From an uncultured delta proteobacterium (GTDB lineage Bacteria; Bdellovibrionota; FAC87; UBA2466): a stretch of 64,000 nucleotides of DNA. The notes below the pieces were generated by a model that saw only the letters and a list, made by a program, of their open reading frames with translations, searched no databases and was not told where the DNA came from. A program made the position numbers and the translations under genes. This document shows, one piece after another, positions 19,559-27,754 of this stretch. Numbering within the stretch: position 1 is the first letter of the stretch; the number at the start of each line of letters is the position of its first letter. Where the stretch lies: assembly GCA_963778115.1 (NCBI GenBank), contig CAVZSV010000004.1:2752001-2816000 (forward strand), given 5' to 3'.

Positions 19559-20506
19559 TTAGTACCTAGGTACGGGTTGATTGCCCAACATATCCTGATA
19601 ACGCGGTTTTGGTGGCGTAATGGGCAATGGCCTTTGTTTGCTTCTTCCGTAATCACTGTTCGGACCGAGAACGTCATCGAGTATGGTGCTTCCCGCTTTC
19701 ACGACCTCTATGTCCGTCGAGTTTCTTAGGGTCAGGTAGACTGCCCGATCCCCAAATTTGTGAGTGAGAAAGATAATTTTCTGAGCATCATCTTCGTTTA
19801 GTTGCAAAGTGATGTTGGCATAATTGTCGTCTGGACGAGACGTGTTTAGCGCGTCAGTATTATTAGGGAAGAGATCTTTTCGCTTCACCTTAGCATTGGC
19901 CTCTTCCAGATAACCCAGCAACTCGCGATCGACTCTTGTCGGAACTTCATTTTGCAAATGCTTTCCGGTGGCCAATACCAGTGCATTTTGGATAAGCGTT
20001 TTTACTTCGAGCATCGTAGTGCCATTGGCGTCATAGAGCGGAGCGATGAGCACATCGACGCGATTTCCGGGCCGGATGAGGCGTCCTACCGCATTCTGCG
20101 GCGATACCAGAAGCGTGACCGCTCGTTGCTTTAACTCCACTTGTTGTTCAAGAACCGGTTTGCCGTCAGGCTGCACCAACTTGGTGAGCGTTACTTGCTC
20201 GCCTTCAGCGATGGGAACATAAGCCGCTTTGCCGATTACATCTTCGGGCTTGGTAACGGTAAGAGGCTGTTTAAAACTTTTAAAGACCTTCGTAATGGAA
20301 ACCATATCAGGTTGAATCGTGGCATACTCAGGAATGGAGTTGGTTTTGTTCTTATCGAAGTATGGGCCTTCGGCGACTACGACGTCGACCCATTCTCCGA
20401 AACTCGACGTCAATTCTTTCTCTTTAACGCTGACGTATGCGTTGATGAGAAGCATCGATACTAAGAAGCAAATCAGCGATATGATGATGGCTCTTTTATT
20501 TTCCAT
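19559..20506 (-). CDS. cpaB: Flp pilus assembly protein CpaB/RcpC (copy 1)
   Basis: N-terminal TM; VVVA..IPEY; RAVTLLV, IRPGNRVDV and LTLRN. Confidence 0.88.
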   Translation of the reverse strand: MENKRAIIISLICFLVSMLLINAYVSVKEKELTSSFGEWVDVVVAEGPYFDKNKTNSIPEYATIQPDMVSITKVFKSFKQPLTVTKPEDVIGKAAYVPIAEGEQVTLTKLVQPDGKPVLEQQVELKQRAVTLLVSPQNAVGRLIRPGNRVDVLIAPLYDANGTTMLEVKTLIQNALVLATGKHLQNEVPTRVDRELLGYLEEANAKVKRKDLFPNNTDALNTSRPDDNYANITLQLNEDDAQKIIFLTHKFGDRAVYLTLRNSTDIEVVKAGSTILDDVLGPNSDYGRSKQRPLPITPPKPRYQDMLGNQPVPRY

Positions 20507-20517
20507 ATAAGTTCCGT

Positions 20518-20880
20518 CTAATTACAACTGGGTTCCATGCAAATTCCTACCGCGTTATTCACAACGTTCTGGTTTGGGGAGTTAAAAATGATTCGTCGAA
20601 CTGGCGGCGCTCCACCATTCGCATCCATGTACTGCACCCCAATAAAATTTTTTGTGATGAGCTGCTTTGCGACGTCGTCTACGACAAAGACGGCACGGTT
20701 ATCTAACCTTTCGTACATGTTCATCGCGGCATATCTTTGCGCGACGTGTGAAGTATGGATCATGTGATAGGCGTTGATAGTATAGTAGAGTAAAAAAACT
20801 AAGAAGGGCAGGGATAGACCGGTTTCTATCGCGGCTTGTCCTTTTCGGCATCTTAATAATTTTTTAACAGCCGTTATCAT
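20518..20880 (-). CDS. TadE-like minor pilin
   Basis: Prepilin motif KGQAAIE followed by a hydrophobic helix. Confidence 0.75.
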   Translation of the reverse strand: MITAVKKLLRCRKGQAAIETGLSLPFLVFLLYYTINAYHMIHTSHVAQRYAAMNMYERLDNRAVFVVDDVAKQLITKNFIGVQYMDANGGAPPVRRIIFNSPNQNVVNNAVGICMEPSCN

Positions 20881-21394
20881 CCATTAACCCCACGTATTTT
20901 CCGCCTGAAACTCCGATAGGAAATTTTTGTATGAACGTATTGAAAAAATTAAAGCAATCTTCATAACTGGAGTCTCGCCCCAGCCTTGTTTCCGTCGAGA
21001 GTCGAATTCGGCTCTGGGGAATGTTCTGCATAAAGAAGGGAGGCAGATAAAAAAGATCGATGCTGTAGGAGGCTCTAACGCCGGCGGCCTGCTGTCCCCG
21101 ATCTTGACCGTCAAGGAAAGAGAGATTGAAGTTACGCGCGATTCCTTGAACTCTTTGGGCATAGGTGTCAAAAACGATTTTGGCGTTTTGTTGTTGGTCG
21201 TTTTGAGAGCCGAACATGGATTTGTAGGTTCGCGCCGACATGAAGGTCGCGTATTCAATATACTCGCTGGTAATAAGCAAAACCGAAAGGCTGAGAAAGA
21301 ATAAAAGAAAGAAAAGGATAACGACAACGACAATGATAAATTCGATCGCCGATTGTCCGGAGCGGGAACGCAGCTTTTTAAATTGATTTCTCAT
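20864..21394 (-). CDS. TadE-like minor pilin
   Basis: SGQSAIEF plus TM, then the YATFMSAR TadE-type motif. Confidence 0.78.
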   Translation of the reverse strand: MRNQFKKLRSRSGQSAIEFIIVVVVILFFLLFFLSLSVLLITSEYIEYATFMSARTYKSMFGSQNDQQQNAKIVFDTYAQRVQGIARNFNLSFLDGQDRGQQAAGVRASYSIDLFYLPPFFMQNIPQSRIRLSTETRLGRDSSYEDCFNFFNTFIQKFPIGVSGGKYVGLMDDNGC

Positions 21395-21669
21395 AAATGA
21401 AGCGGTTTTAGCCTCCGTTGATCAGAAGGGTGGCCAGACTGATTAAACTGAGGTTTATCCGCCGACCACTCCGCGTTCTCGACCACGTTTTGAATTCCAG
21501 TGAAAAGAGTCTCGAAAATTCCTTGCGTAAATCTCGCCACGGGCCCTCGCACCATGATGTAGGCAACGATAAAGGTCATCGCGAGCAACATTAAGTATTC
21601 GAGCGAGGTTTGGCCCCGTTCGCTGCCTAATTTGCTAACTAAAAGCGATGTATTTAGATCATTGACCAA
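21391..21669 (-). CDS. Flp-like pilin/pseudopilin
   Basis: RGQTSLEYL plus hydrophobic helix; TTG start at 21669 after GGAG. Confidence 0.7.
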   Translation of the reverse strand: MVNDLNTSLLVSKLGSERGQTSLEYLMLLAMTFIVAYIMVRGPVARFTQGIFETLFTGIQNVVENAEWSADKPQFNQSGHPSDQRRLKPLHL

Positions 21670-22175
21670 TGGTAACGCTCCATAACGTGCATCAAAATAA
21701 AGGCGCATAAAAATGCTGGGGCAAAGGGGATTCTGTGAGACAGCTTTGCATTTAATCCGGCATTCTTGTTTCCGAGATTTTTCCAGTGCCCGGCTACTGA
21801 CTTAGCCCCCTCTTTTAAACCTAGATGGGCCGTTAACGTGACGCCTCCCACAAGGGCTGCGATTAAAATTCCGAGGAAGCCTAATTCAAGGACTGTGTGA
21901 AAATTTGTCCAGGCTGCGGCAGCCATGAGAAGTTTCACGTCTCCGGCAGCAAGCGCTTTTAGGAAATAAAGGGGAAAGAAAAGAGAAAAGGCGACCACGA
22001 TGGCTAGCGCCGAAGTGGTCGCCTGATGAAATCCTCCAGAATAAAAACCGAACGCGACTCCGCCCAACAGATACGATAAGCAGATCCAGTTGAAAATCTT
22101 ACCCCAAATGAGATCTGTGATCGTGGCAGTTGCGAGTAAAGCCCACAATCCGATTTCGAAGCCCCCAGACATCAC
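21654..22175 (-). CDS. cpaA: Prepilin peptidase, A24 family (CpaA/TadV)
   Basis: TD..W.KIFN, AGDVKL and IPFAPA motifs; multi-pass membrane protein. Confidence 0.88.
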   Translation of the reverse strand: MMSGGFEIGLWALLATATITDLIWGKIFNWICLSYLLGGVAFGFYSGGFHQATTSALAIVVAFSLFFPLYFLKALAAGDVKLLMAAAAWTNFHTVLELGFLGILIAALVGGVTLTAHLGLKEGAKSVAGHWKNLGNKNAGLNAKLSHRIPFAPAFLCAFILMHVMERYHWSMI

Positions 22176-22231
22176 ACTTTCCCCTTTGTGGGAGGAAAGG
22201 GTTCAAACCGACGAGGCGACGAGGCGGTACG

Positions 22232-22462
22232 TCAGTGAGGTGTCGAAGGCGTTTGAAGGCCTCCGGCTCCTGACGAACCACCAAACCCCTGACCCGTTTG
22301 CATCTCAGTAGAGACGTTTCGCTCCAGGCCGCTAAGTCCATCTTGGAAAACTCCATTGAAGAACTTAGCTATCTGAATCGAGAACACAGCACCAAAGGCG
22401 ACCATTAAAATATACTCAATGGTACTTTGGCCACGGATACCCTTACGGGGTTTCTTTTTCAA
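22232..22462 (-). CDS. Flp-like pilin
   Basis: RGQSTIEYIL plus hydrophobic segment. Confidence 0.75.
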   Translation of the reverse strand: MKKKPRKGIRGQSTIEYILMVAFGAVFSIQIAKFFNGVFQDGLSGLERNVSTEMQTGQGFGGSSGAGGLQTPSTPH

Positions 22463-22479
22463 AGTGAGACTAGCTCCCT

Positions 22480-22674
22480 TTAATGTCCCGAACCGGCATT
22501 CATCAATTCTTTAATCTTGCCGTTCACACCACCGAAGACTGCATCGATAGTGGCGGGGAGTTTATCTTTCAAGCCTTTGCCGAGCACGCTGATGACCACC
22601 ACGATTACCGCGATAATCAAAAGATACTCGACCGTCGTTTGCCCTTCCTCTTCGAGTAGGAATTGCTTCATCAT
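22480..22674 (-). CDS. flp: Flp family type IVb/Tad major pilin
   Basis: FLLEEEGQTTVEYLLII Flp motif; strong GGAGG RBS; first gene of the cluster. Confidence 0.9.
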   Translation of the reverse strand: MMKQFLLEEEGQTTVEYLLIIAVIVVVISVLGKGLKDKLPATIDAVFGGVNGKIKELMNAGSGH

Positions 22675-22738
22675 GTTGTTCCTCCTAGATGATCGTTTTC
22701 AGTGTTTTCAAGTTATGACACAACGGGCTACGAGTTAA

Positions 22739-22767
22739 ATTGTAGCAATACCAGCAATTTTAGTCAA
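22739..22767 (-). promoter_or_regulatory. sigma70-type promoter for the flp/tad cluster
   Basis: TTGACT-17 nt-TACAAT with an extended -10 TG. Confidence 0.65.
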
Positions 22768-22883
22768 AACGCGTCATAACTTAAGCCATTGAAATTCATG
22801 ATGAATAACTGTCCACTCGTTGTACACGTTCTCAAGTAACTTTTCGGATATTTTTACTAAATTGGTGAGACAAAAAATGTCGC

Positions 22884-22900
22884 TGTCTAAGTTTTAGACA
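22884..22900. promoter_or_regulatory. Palindromic putative regulator-binding site
   Basis: TGTCTAA-GTT-TTAGACA perfect 7-bp IR in the divergent flp/S41 spacer. Confidence 0.45.
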
Positions 22901-23016
22901 ACTTAGGCACGCTTGGGGGCAACTAGGAGAAATCCTAATGAAACGTAGCGTCAATTATGTTACACTGCGTCATTCTTTCAAATTGTGGTGGGTTGTAGCG
23001 AAACGTGGGGTGACTT

Positions 23017-25089
23017 TTGGACCAAGCGGGCAAGGGTGATAGTTTCGATCGAAAAAGGGGTATTCGAGGCCTTAGAGGGCTAAGAAATCGGGCTCAAAGG
23101 GTGCTGCGAAAGATCGCTCACTCTCTTCGGGCACAGAGAAGAACTCTCGGCTGGGACGAAGGTTTATCGCTAACCATTCCGCTTCTTCTTTTAATCAATT
23201 TCGCGGTCTTAATCACTTTGCACCAGATGGGGAATAGGCTTGCTCCGTCCACTGCACTCACGGAGACGGAATATCCTTTAAGTTGTCAGCAGCTGGGTGA
23301 AATTGCTCGCTGGAGCAAAATTCACTATGGCGGTGCCCGTCGTTTCAATGTCGATTCAGGGGCTTTCGGGGCTCGCGTTGCCGAAAGTGTCATTGAAAAG
23401 TTAGATCCACTTAAAGTGCTCTTCTTGAAAAGTGAGGTTGAAACATTTACTCACAACTCCGCGGCCGCTTGGAGAGATACTCTCAAGCGTTCCAACTGCG
23501 CCTTTTTTGAGAGTTGGTTAAGCAGGTCGCTTCCTAAAGTGAGAACACGCCTCGAAACGATGACGGCGACTTTGCCCACGCAATTTGAAGTGGGAACGCA
23601 ATCGAAGAATCAGAGTTTGGTGGCCGATGCGCTTCCCTACTTCGAGGAGTACGCTTCAGATGACGTTCAACTCAAAGCGCGTTTGACGTCGGTCGCGAAA
23701 GTTATTTTTGAATATACCAACCCTTTGGTGTTGGGAGCCTACCACCAGGACCGCACCAAGTTCTTGGTTGATTCCATGAAACAGTTTGCCCTGATTGACG
23801 AGGTCCCCTCGCGCAATTTACTAGCCAAAGCGATGCTGGCGGCGGAAGACCCTTACTCTACCTATTTTTCCCCTCGAGAGTTCGATGACTTCTATTCTGA
23901 ATTGGCTGGAGGCTCTTTGGGTGTCGGGCTTAAAGTCCGAAAGGTTCCCGATGGGATGCTCATCGAGAAGATTCTAAAAGACTCTCCCGCGGGAAGATTG
24001 AAGCAGCTCGCCGAAGGAGACGTCATCCGAGCGGTGGATGGGAAGAGTCTTCGCTCTCTGGGAGCGAACGACGCCAAGAATTTATTGAGAGGAAAAGAGG
24101 GGAGTTCGGTAATATTACAATGCCTAAAGGTTAATACGTCCCACGTCTTTTCCGTACGGCTGAAACGCGAAGTCATTAACTACGAAGACACTCGAATCAC
24201 CAAGCGGATAACTCGGTATCACGGGAAGAATATCGCGGTTATCGACATTCCAAGTTTTTACGGACGCGGCGGTCTTGCGGTGGATCAAGATGAGCACAGT
24301 AGCGCCGAAGACCTCGAAAAGGTGGTTAACGAGCTGGTAAACGGGAATAAGAAGCCTGTCGCCATCGTTTTGGACCTTCGTGGAAATCCTGGCGGATTTC
24401 TCGAAGAAGCGGTCTCCATGGGTGGGGTCTTTCTGGGAGATAGCCCTGTAGTGGGAGTTGTGGAGAATAAAGATCGACGTGTGCTCAGAGAGAATCGAAA
24501 AGCGGTGTACCAGGGTCCTTTGTTAGTTCTAGTGGACAAGGATAGCGCCAGTGCTTCAGAAGTCCTGGCGGGTGCTCTTAAAGATCACAGACGTGCAGTC
24601 ATCGTGGGCGAGACCAACAGTTTCGGAAAAGGTACCGTGCAAAGATTGTTTCATCTATCGGACGAACTGCCGCTTGTTCAAAACAGTCTCGATCCTTGGA
24701 GTGGGGTCGTGAAGTTGACCACGAGCATTTTCTATTCACCCCTGGGCCATTCTCCCGCCAATGGAGGAATTAGGCCGGATATTTTTCTCCCCAGGCACGA
24801 AACGCCGACTCGATCTTTCCGATCGAAAAATAAATTCGCAGCGGTTCCGGAAAGCCGTCCATTTCTGGATCACGCGGAATTAAACCAGTTAAAGCGTGGT
24901 GAGAAACCCTATGAAAGTGTCATGGATCGCCTGCGATCTGACGCGCCGAATCTCTTTCGGGAGGCTGAGCGTCAGAATGACATGGCCACGACCGCTAACG
25001 TAGATGTAATCAGCGCTGACGAGGATCGCGTCTTGGCGGACACGGTGGCGGTGGCAGTGGATTACGCGCGCCTGAATCAAAAAAACTGA
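23017..25089 (+). CDS. Carboxy-terminal processing protease (S41A) with PDZ domain
   Basis: DPYSTYF, GVGL PDZ, DLRGNPGG, SASASE (Ser) and FGKG (Lys) motifs. Confidence 0.9.
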   Translation: MDQAGKGDSFDRKRGIRGLRGLRNRAQRVLRKIAHSLRAQRRTLGWDEGLSLTIPLLLLINFAVLITLHQMGNRLAPSTALTETEYPLSCQQLGEIARWSKIHYGGARRFNVDSGAFGARVAESVIEKLDPLKVLFLKSEVETFTHNSAAAWRDTLKRSNCAFFESWLSRSLPKVRTRLETMTATLPTQFEVGTQSKNQSLVADALPYFEEYASDDVQLKARLTSVAKVIFEYTNPLVLGAYHQDRTKFLVDSMKQFALIDEVPSRNLLAKAMLAAEDPYSTYFSPREFDDFYSELAGGSLGVGLKVRKVPDGMLIEKILKDSPAGRLKQLAEGDVIRAVDGKSLRSLGANDAKNLLRGKEGSSVILQCLKVNTSHVFSVRLKREVINYEDTRITKRITRYHGKNIAVIDIPSFYGRGGLAVDQDEHSSAEDLEKVVNELVNGNKKPVAIVLDLRGNPGGFLEEAVSMGGVFLGDSPVVGVVENKDRRVLRENRKAVYQGPLLVLVDKDSASASEVLAGALKDHRRAVIVGETNSFGKGTVQRLFHLSDELPLVQNSLDPWSGVVKLTTSIFYSPLGHSPANGGIRPDIFLPRHETPTRSFRSKNKFAAVPESRPFLDHAELNQLKRGEKPYESVMDRLRSDAPNLFREAERQNDMATTANVDVISADEDRVLADTVAVAVDYARLNQKN

Positions 25090-25294
25090 AGTCTTCTAAG
25101 CCCCTATAAGCTCAGCCAATTAGCAATGTGCATTGCGATGTGGTACCCTTAATTCAACATTGAATCAGGCGCTTGCCTGGCATTGTGTTCAAACGCCTTT
25201 GACTGCCGATGTTGACGAGAGCCTTTTTGTGAGCATAGTCAGCTTAAGGCAACAAAACATAAACGATTTTTCCTAACCTAGAAGGAGCGGAGAG

Positions 25295-25450
25295 ATGGCT
25301 GAAGAAACCGCTTACTGTGTTAAGTGTCGTAAAAAGTCCCCCATTAAGAATGCCCAAGAAGTAAAAATGAAAAACGGTCGACCCGCTATAAAAGGGGTTT
25401 GCGCCGATTGCGGCGTTGGGGTCTATAAGATTTTGTCCCAAAAGAAGTAA
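25295..25450 (+). CDS. DUF5679-type zinc-ribbon microprotein (51 aa, missed by the ORF track)
   Basis: GAAGGAG RBS; MAEETAYCVKCRKKSPIKNAQEVKMKNGRPAIKGVCADCGVGVYKILSQKK. Confidence 0.85.
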   Translation: MAEETAYCVKCRKKSPIKNAQEVKMKNGRPAIKGVCADCGVGVYKILSQKK

Positions 25451-25542
25451 CGTACCGAATTGCGATAAGATCTTTCGCTTTCGGTTACGTCGCTTTGCTC
25501 TGGATAATTTCTATCTTGTGAAACTTCGTTTCACGATAGAAA

Positions 25543-26589
25543 TTACTTTTTTTCGGGCTTGGGGTCTATCTTTAAGACTGGCTTTGATTCTGGTGCCGGC
25601 AGGTTTTCAAACTGAAGCGTTCGGTTCCTTCCATTGGCTTTGGAGGAATAAAGTGCGGCATCAGCCCGGCTAACCAGTTCTTTGATCTCTTTGTTGGGCT
25701 CGCCGTCCGGCCAGGTTTTGGAGAATGTCGCGGTTCCCAAGCTGACCGTGACTGGAATAGGTTTTCCCTCAAATTGAATCTTCGTCTGCTCGACGTGTTT
25801 TCTAAATCGTTCCGCGAAAACAAACGCCCCGGGTACGTCGGTATTCGGGAGAATGACCATGAACTCCTCTCCTCCGAATCTTCCCGCGATGTCGGAATCT
25901 CTACTTTCACCCTGAAGAAGTTGGGCGACGAGACTCAGTACGTAGTCTCCGGCTTGATGTCCAAAGGTATCGTTTACCTTTTTGAAATGGTCGATGTCCA
26001 CCATGCAGACCGAAAGAGGGGTGCCCTCCCTGTGGGCTACCATGAGGAACTTCACTAAAGTGGTTTCGGTATACACTTTATTATAAAGACGAGTCAGTCC
26101 ATCCGTTACCGATTCTTTTTTCCTTTCCCCATATTTCTTTTGGAGTTCGTTTTCCGCCGTGACATCGCGAATGGTGATAAGCGAGCCCAGTAATTCTTTA
26201 TTAGCCCCCAAAACAGGGACTCCGCCTAAGATTAAGTGAAGTTCAGGAAAAGCTTTGGAACTTCCTTTTAATTCATCCAAACGTAAGGGCTGTCCGGAAG
26301 TCACAATCTGTTTGGAAGGGCATTGACCCGGACAGAGCTCCGTCTTGATTAGCTCGCAAAAATTTCCGATCTTTTTTATTTTTCTGTACGATTCGCCGCA
26401 CAGATCCGTAAAAGCGGTATTGAAATCAACGACGTTATTTGCGGTATCCACGATGCAATAGGCATCTAATAGCACGTCAAGCAACATGCGATTGGCATTG
26501 AGCCATTGTTCCAGGAGCTTTGCTTCCGCTTCTTTTGCGGAAGCAGAACTACCGCCGGAAGGCAAAATATTGTTGCGGATGGCCGTCAA
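25543..26589 (-). CDS. PAS-GGDEF diguanylate cyclase
   Basis: PAS-like N-terminus; DGLTRLYN, DIDHFKKVND and GGEEF with an RDSD I-site. Confidence 0.93.
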   Translation of the reverse strand: MTAIRNNILPSGGSSASAKEAEAKLLEQWLNANRMLLDVLLDAYCIVDTANNVVDFNTAFTDLCGESYRKIKKIGNFCELIKTELCPGQCPSKQIVTSGQPLRLDELKGSSKAFPELHLILGGVPVLGANKELLGSLITIRDVTAENELQKKYGERKKESVTDGLTRLYNKVYTETTLVKFLMVAHREGTPLSVCMVDIDHFKKVNDTFGHQAGDYVLSLVAQLLQGESRDSDIAGRFGGEEFMVILPNTDVPGAFVFAERFRKHVEQTKIQFEGKPIPVTVSLGTATFSKTWPDGEPNKEIKELVSRADAALYSSKANGRNRTLQFENLPAPESKPVLKIDPKPEKK

Positions 26590-27007
26590 ACTCCATCTCT
26601 CCTTTCTTACAACTTTCGCACGGAATTGTTTCCGCTACTTTTCCAAATTCTGATGCTTCGGCAAGAACCATTGTCTCGGCGTCACAATCATCACAAACAT
26701 AAGGAATATAGACCGAAGCTACCTGGGCTTGTCCTAAAAAGCTGGGAACCATGTTCAGCTGGCGTACGATGTGAGGAGGACATTCTTCATAGATTACTTG
26801 GAGCCCAGAGATGTCTTTCATGAAATTCACCCAGCTTCTTACTCCGCAGGAATTGATGGAGGTCACACCTTTGAAATTAAAATGAATCGGGCTTCCGAGC
26901 TTTCCTAATTGTTCGAACGTAGTGTCCTCATCGATGATCCCGCGCAGGAGAACTACTTTCGAGTCTCCGCGAATCACCTGTTCAAATTTAAATTTATCAT
27001 TTTGCAT
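26549..27007 (-). CDS. STAS (anti-sigma-antagonist-like) protein with C-terminal CxxC..CxxC zinc ribbon
   Basis: LRGIIDE and VTSINSCGVRSW (phospho-Ser-like motif); CDDC and CESC. Confidence 0.75.
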   Translation of the reverse strand: MQNDKFKFEQVIRGDSKVVLLRGIIDEDTTFEQLGKLGSPIHFNFKGVTSINSCGVRSWVNFMKDISGLQVIYEECPPHIVRQLNMVPSFLGQAQVASVYIPYVCDDCDAETMVLAEASEFGKVAETIPCESCKKGEMEFDGHPQQYFAFRR

Positions 27008-27740
27008 TTGAGGAGCCTTTCTCGAAATAATTAAAAGAGAAAAAGTTGGGATCCAGAGATCTCGTGTCATTCAACCAGCAAGAGACGGTGGTATTGTGGC
27101 CTTTATCGATTTCCACTTTAAGGTGAGTTGCCAGTTCGAAGACCATATAAAGGCCGAGGCCCGCTCCCCCCTCTTTGCCAGAGATCTGTTGTCCGGAATC
27201 GCCGTAACAGCGCAAAAACGATTGAGCCACATCTTCAAAAGAGAAATTTCCGCCCTTGTCCTGTAGAGATAGATAAATTCCGCTGCGTTGAGCGGAATGT
27301 TTAAGAATTAATTTTTCCCTGCGGTCGAGATTCGCCGGAAGGTGACGCGGATATTTCGGCGATCTGTCAGCACGCAAATACGAGTGGAAAAGCGCGTTGG
27401 TCAATAGCTCTTCCAGTACCGAGGTTATCCTATCATTAAGATCACGCCGGGCGTGAGGACTGCCTGCTTCCAAAACGGTCTCGATGACCTTAGTTCTTTG
27501 GTTGCTACTGGAGATTTCAATTTGATTGGCCTCTAGGAATTCCCACGGAAAGGGGGTGGGGGTGCCTGTGGCAATGGCGTCTTTGGTAATCTTTGCGAGT
27601 GAATCTCTTTCTCCGAGCGAAGACGAATGCACGTGGCGAACGCCGGAGGAAATAAGCCCGGAAGCCTCTTTCTTGGAGAATAGTCCGCAGGACAACGTCT
27701 CCTCAGTTACTAAGAGTCTCTTTTTTGCCGTTGCGATCAT
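26997..27740 (-). CDS. RsbW-like HATPase_c Ser kinase/anti-sigma-like protein
   Basis: EELLTNALFH N-box, DKGG G1 and GAGLGL G2; no HisKA. Confidence 0.75.
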   Translation of the reverse strand: MIATAKKRLLVTEETLSCGLFSKKEASGLISSGVRHVHSSSLGERDSLAKITKDAIATGTPTPFPWEFLEANQIEISSSNQRTKVIETVLEAGSPHARRDLNDRITSVLEELLTNALFHSYLRADRSPKYPRHLPANLDRREKLILKHSAQRSGIYLSLQDKGGNFSFEDVAQSFLRCYGDSGQQISGKEGGAGLGLYMVFELATHLKVEIDKGHNTTVSCWLNDTRSLDPNFFSFNYFEKGSSNAK

Positions 27741-27754
27741 TAGAACTCGTTCGT

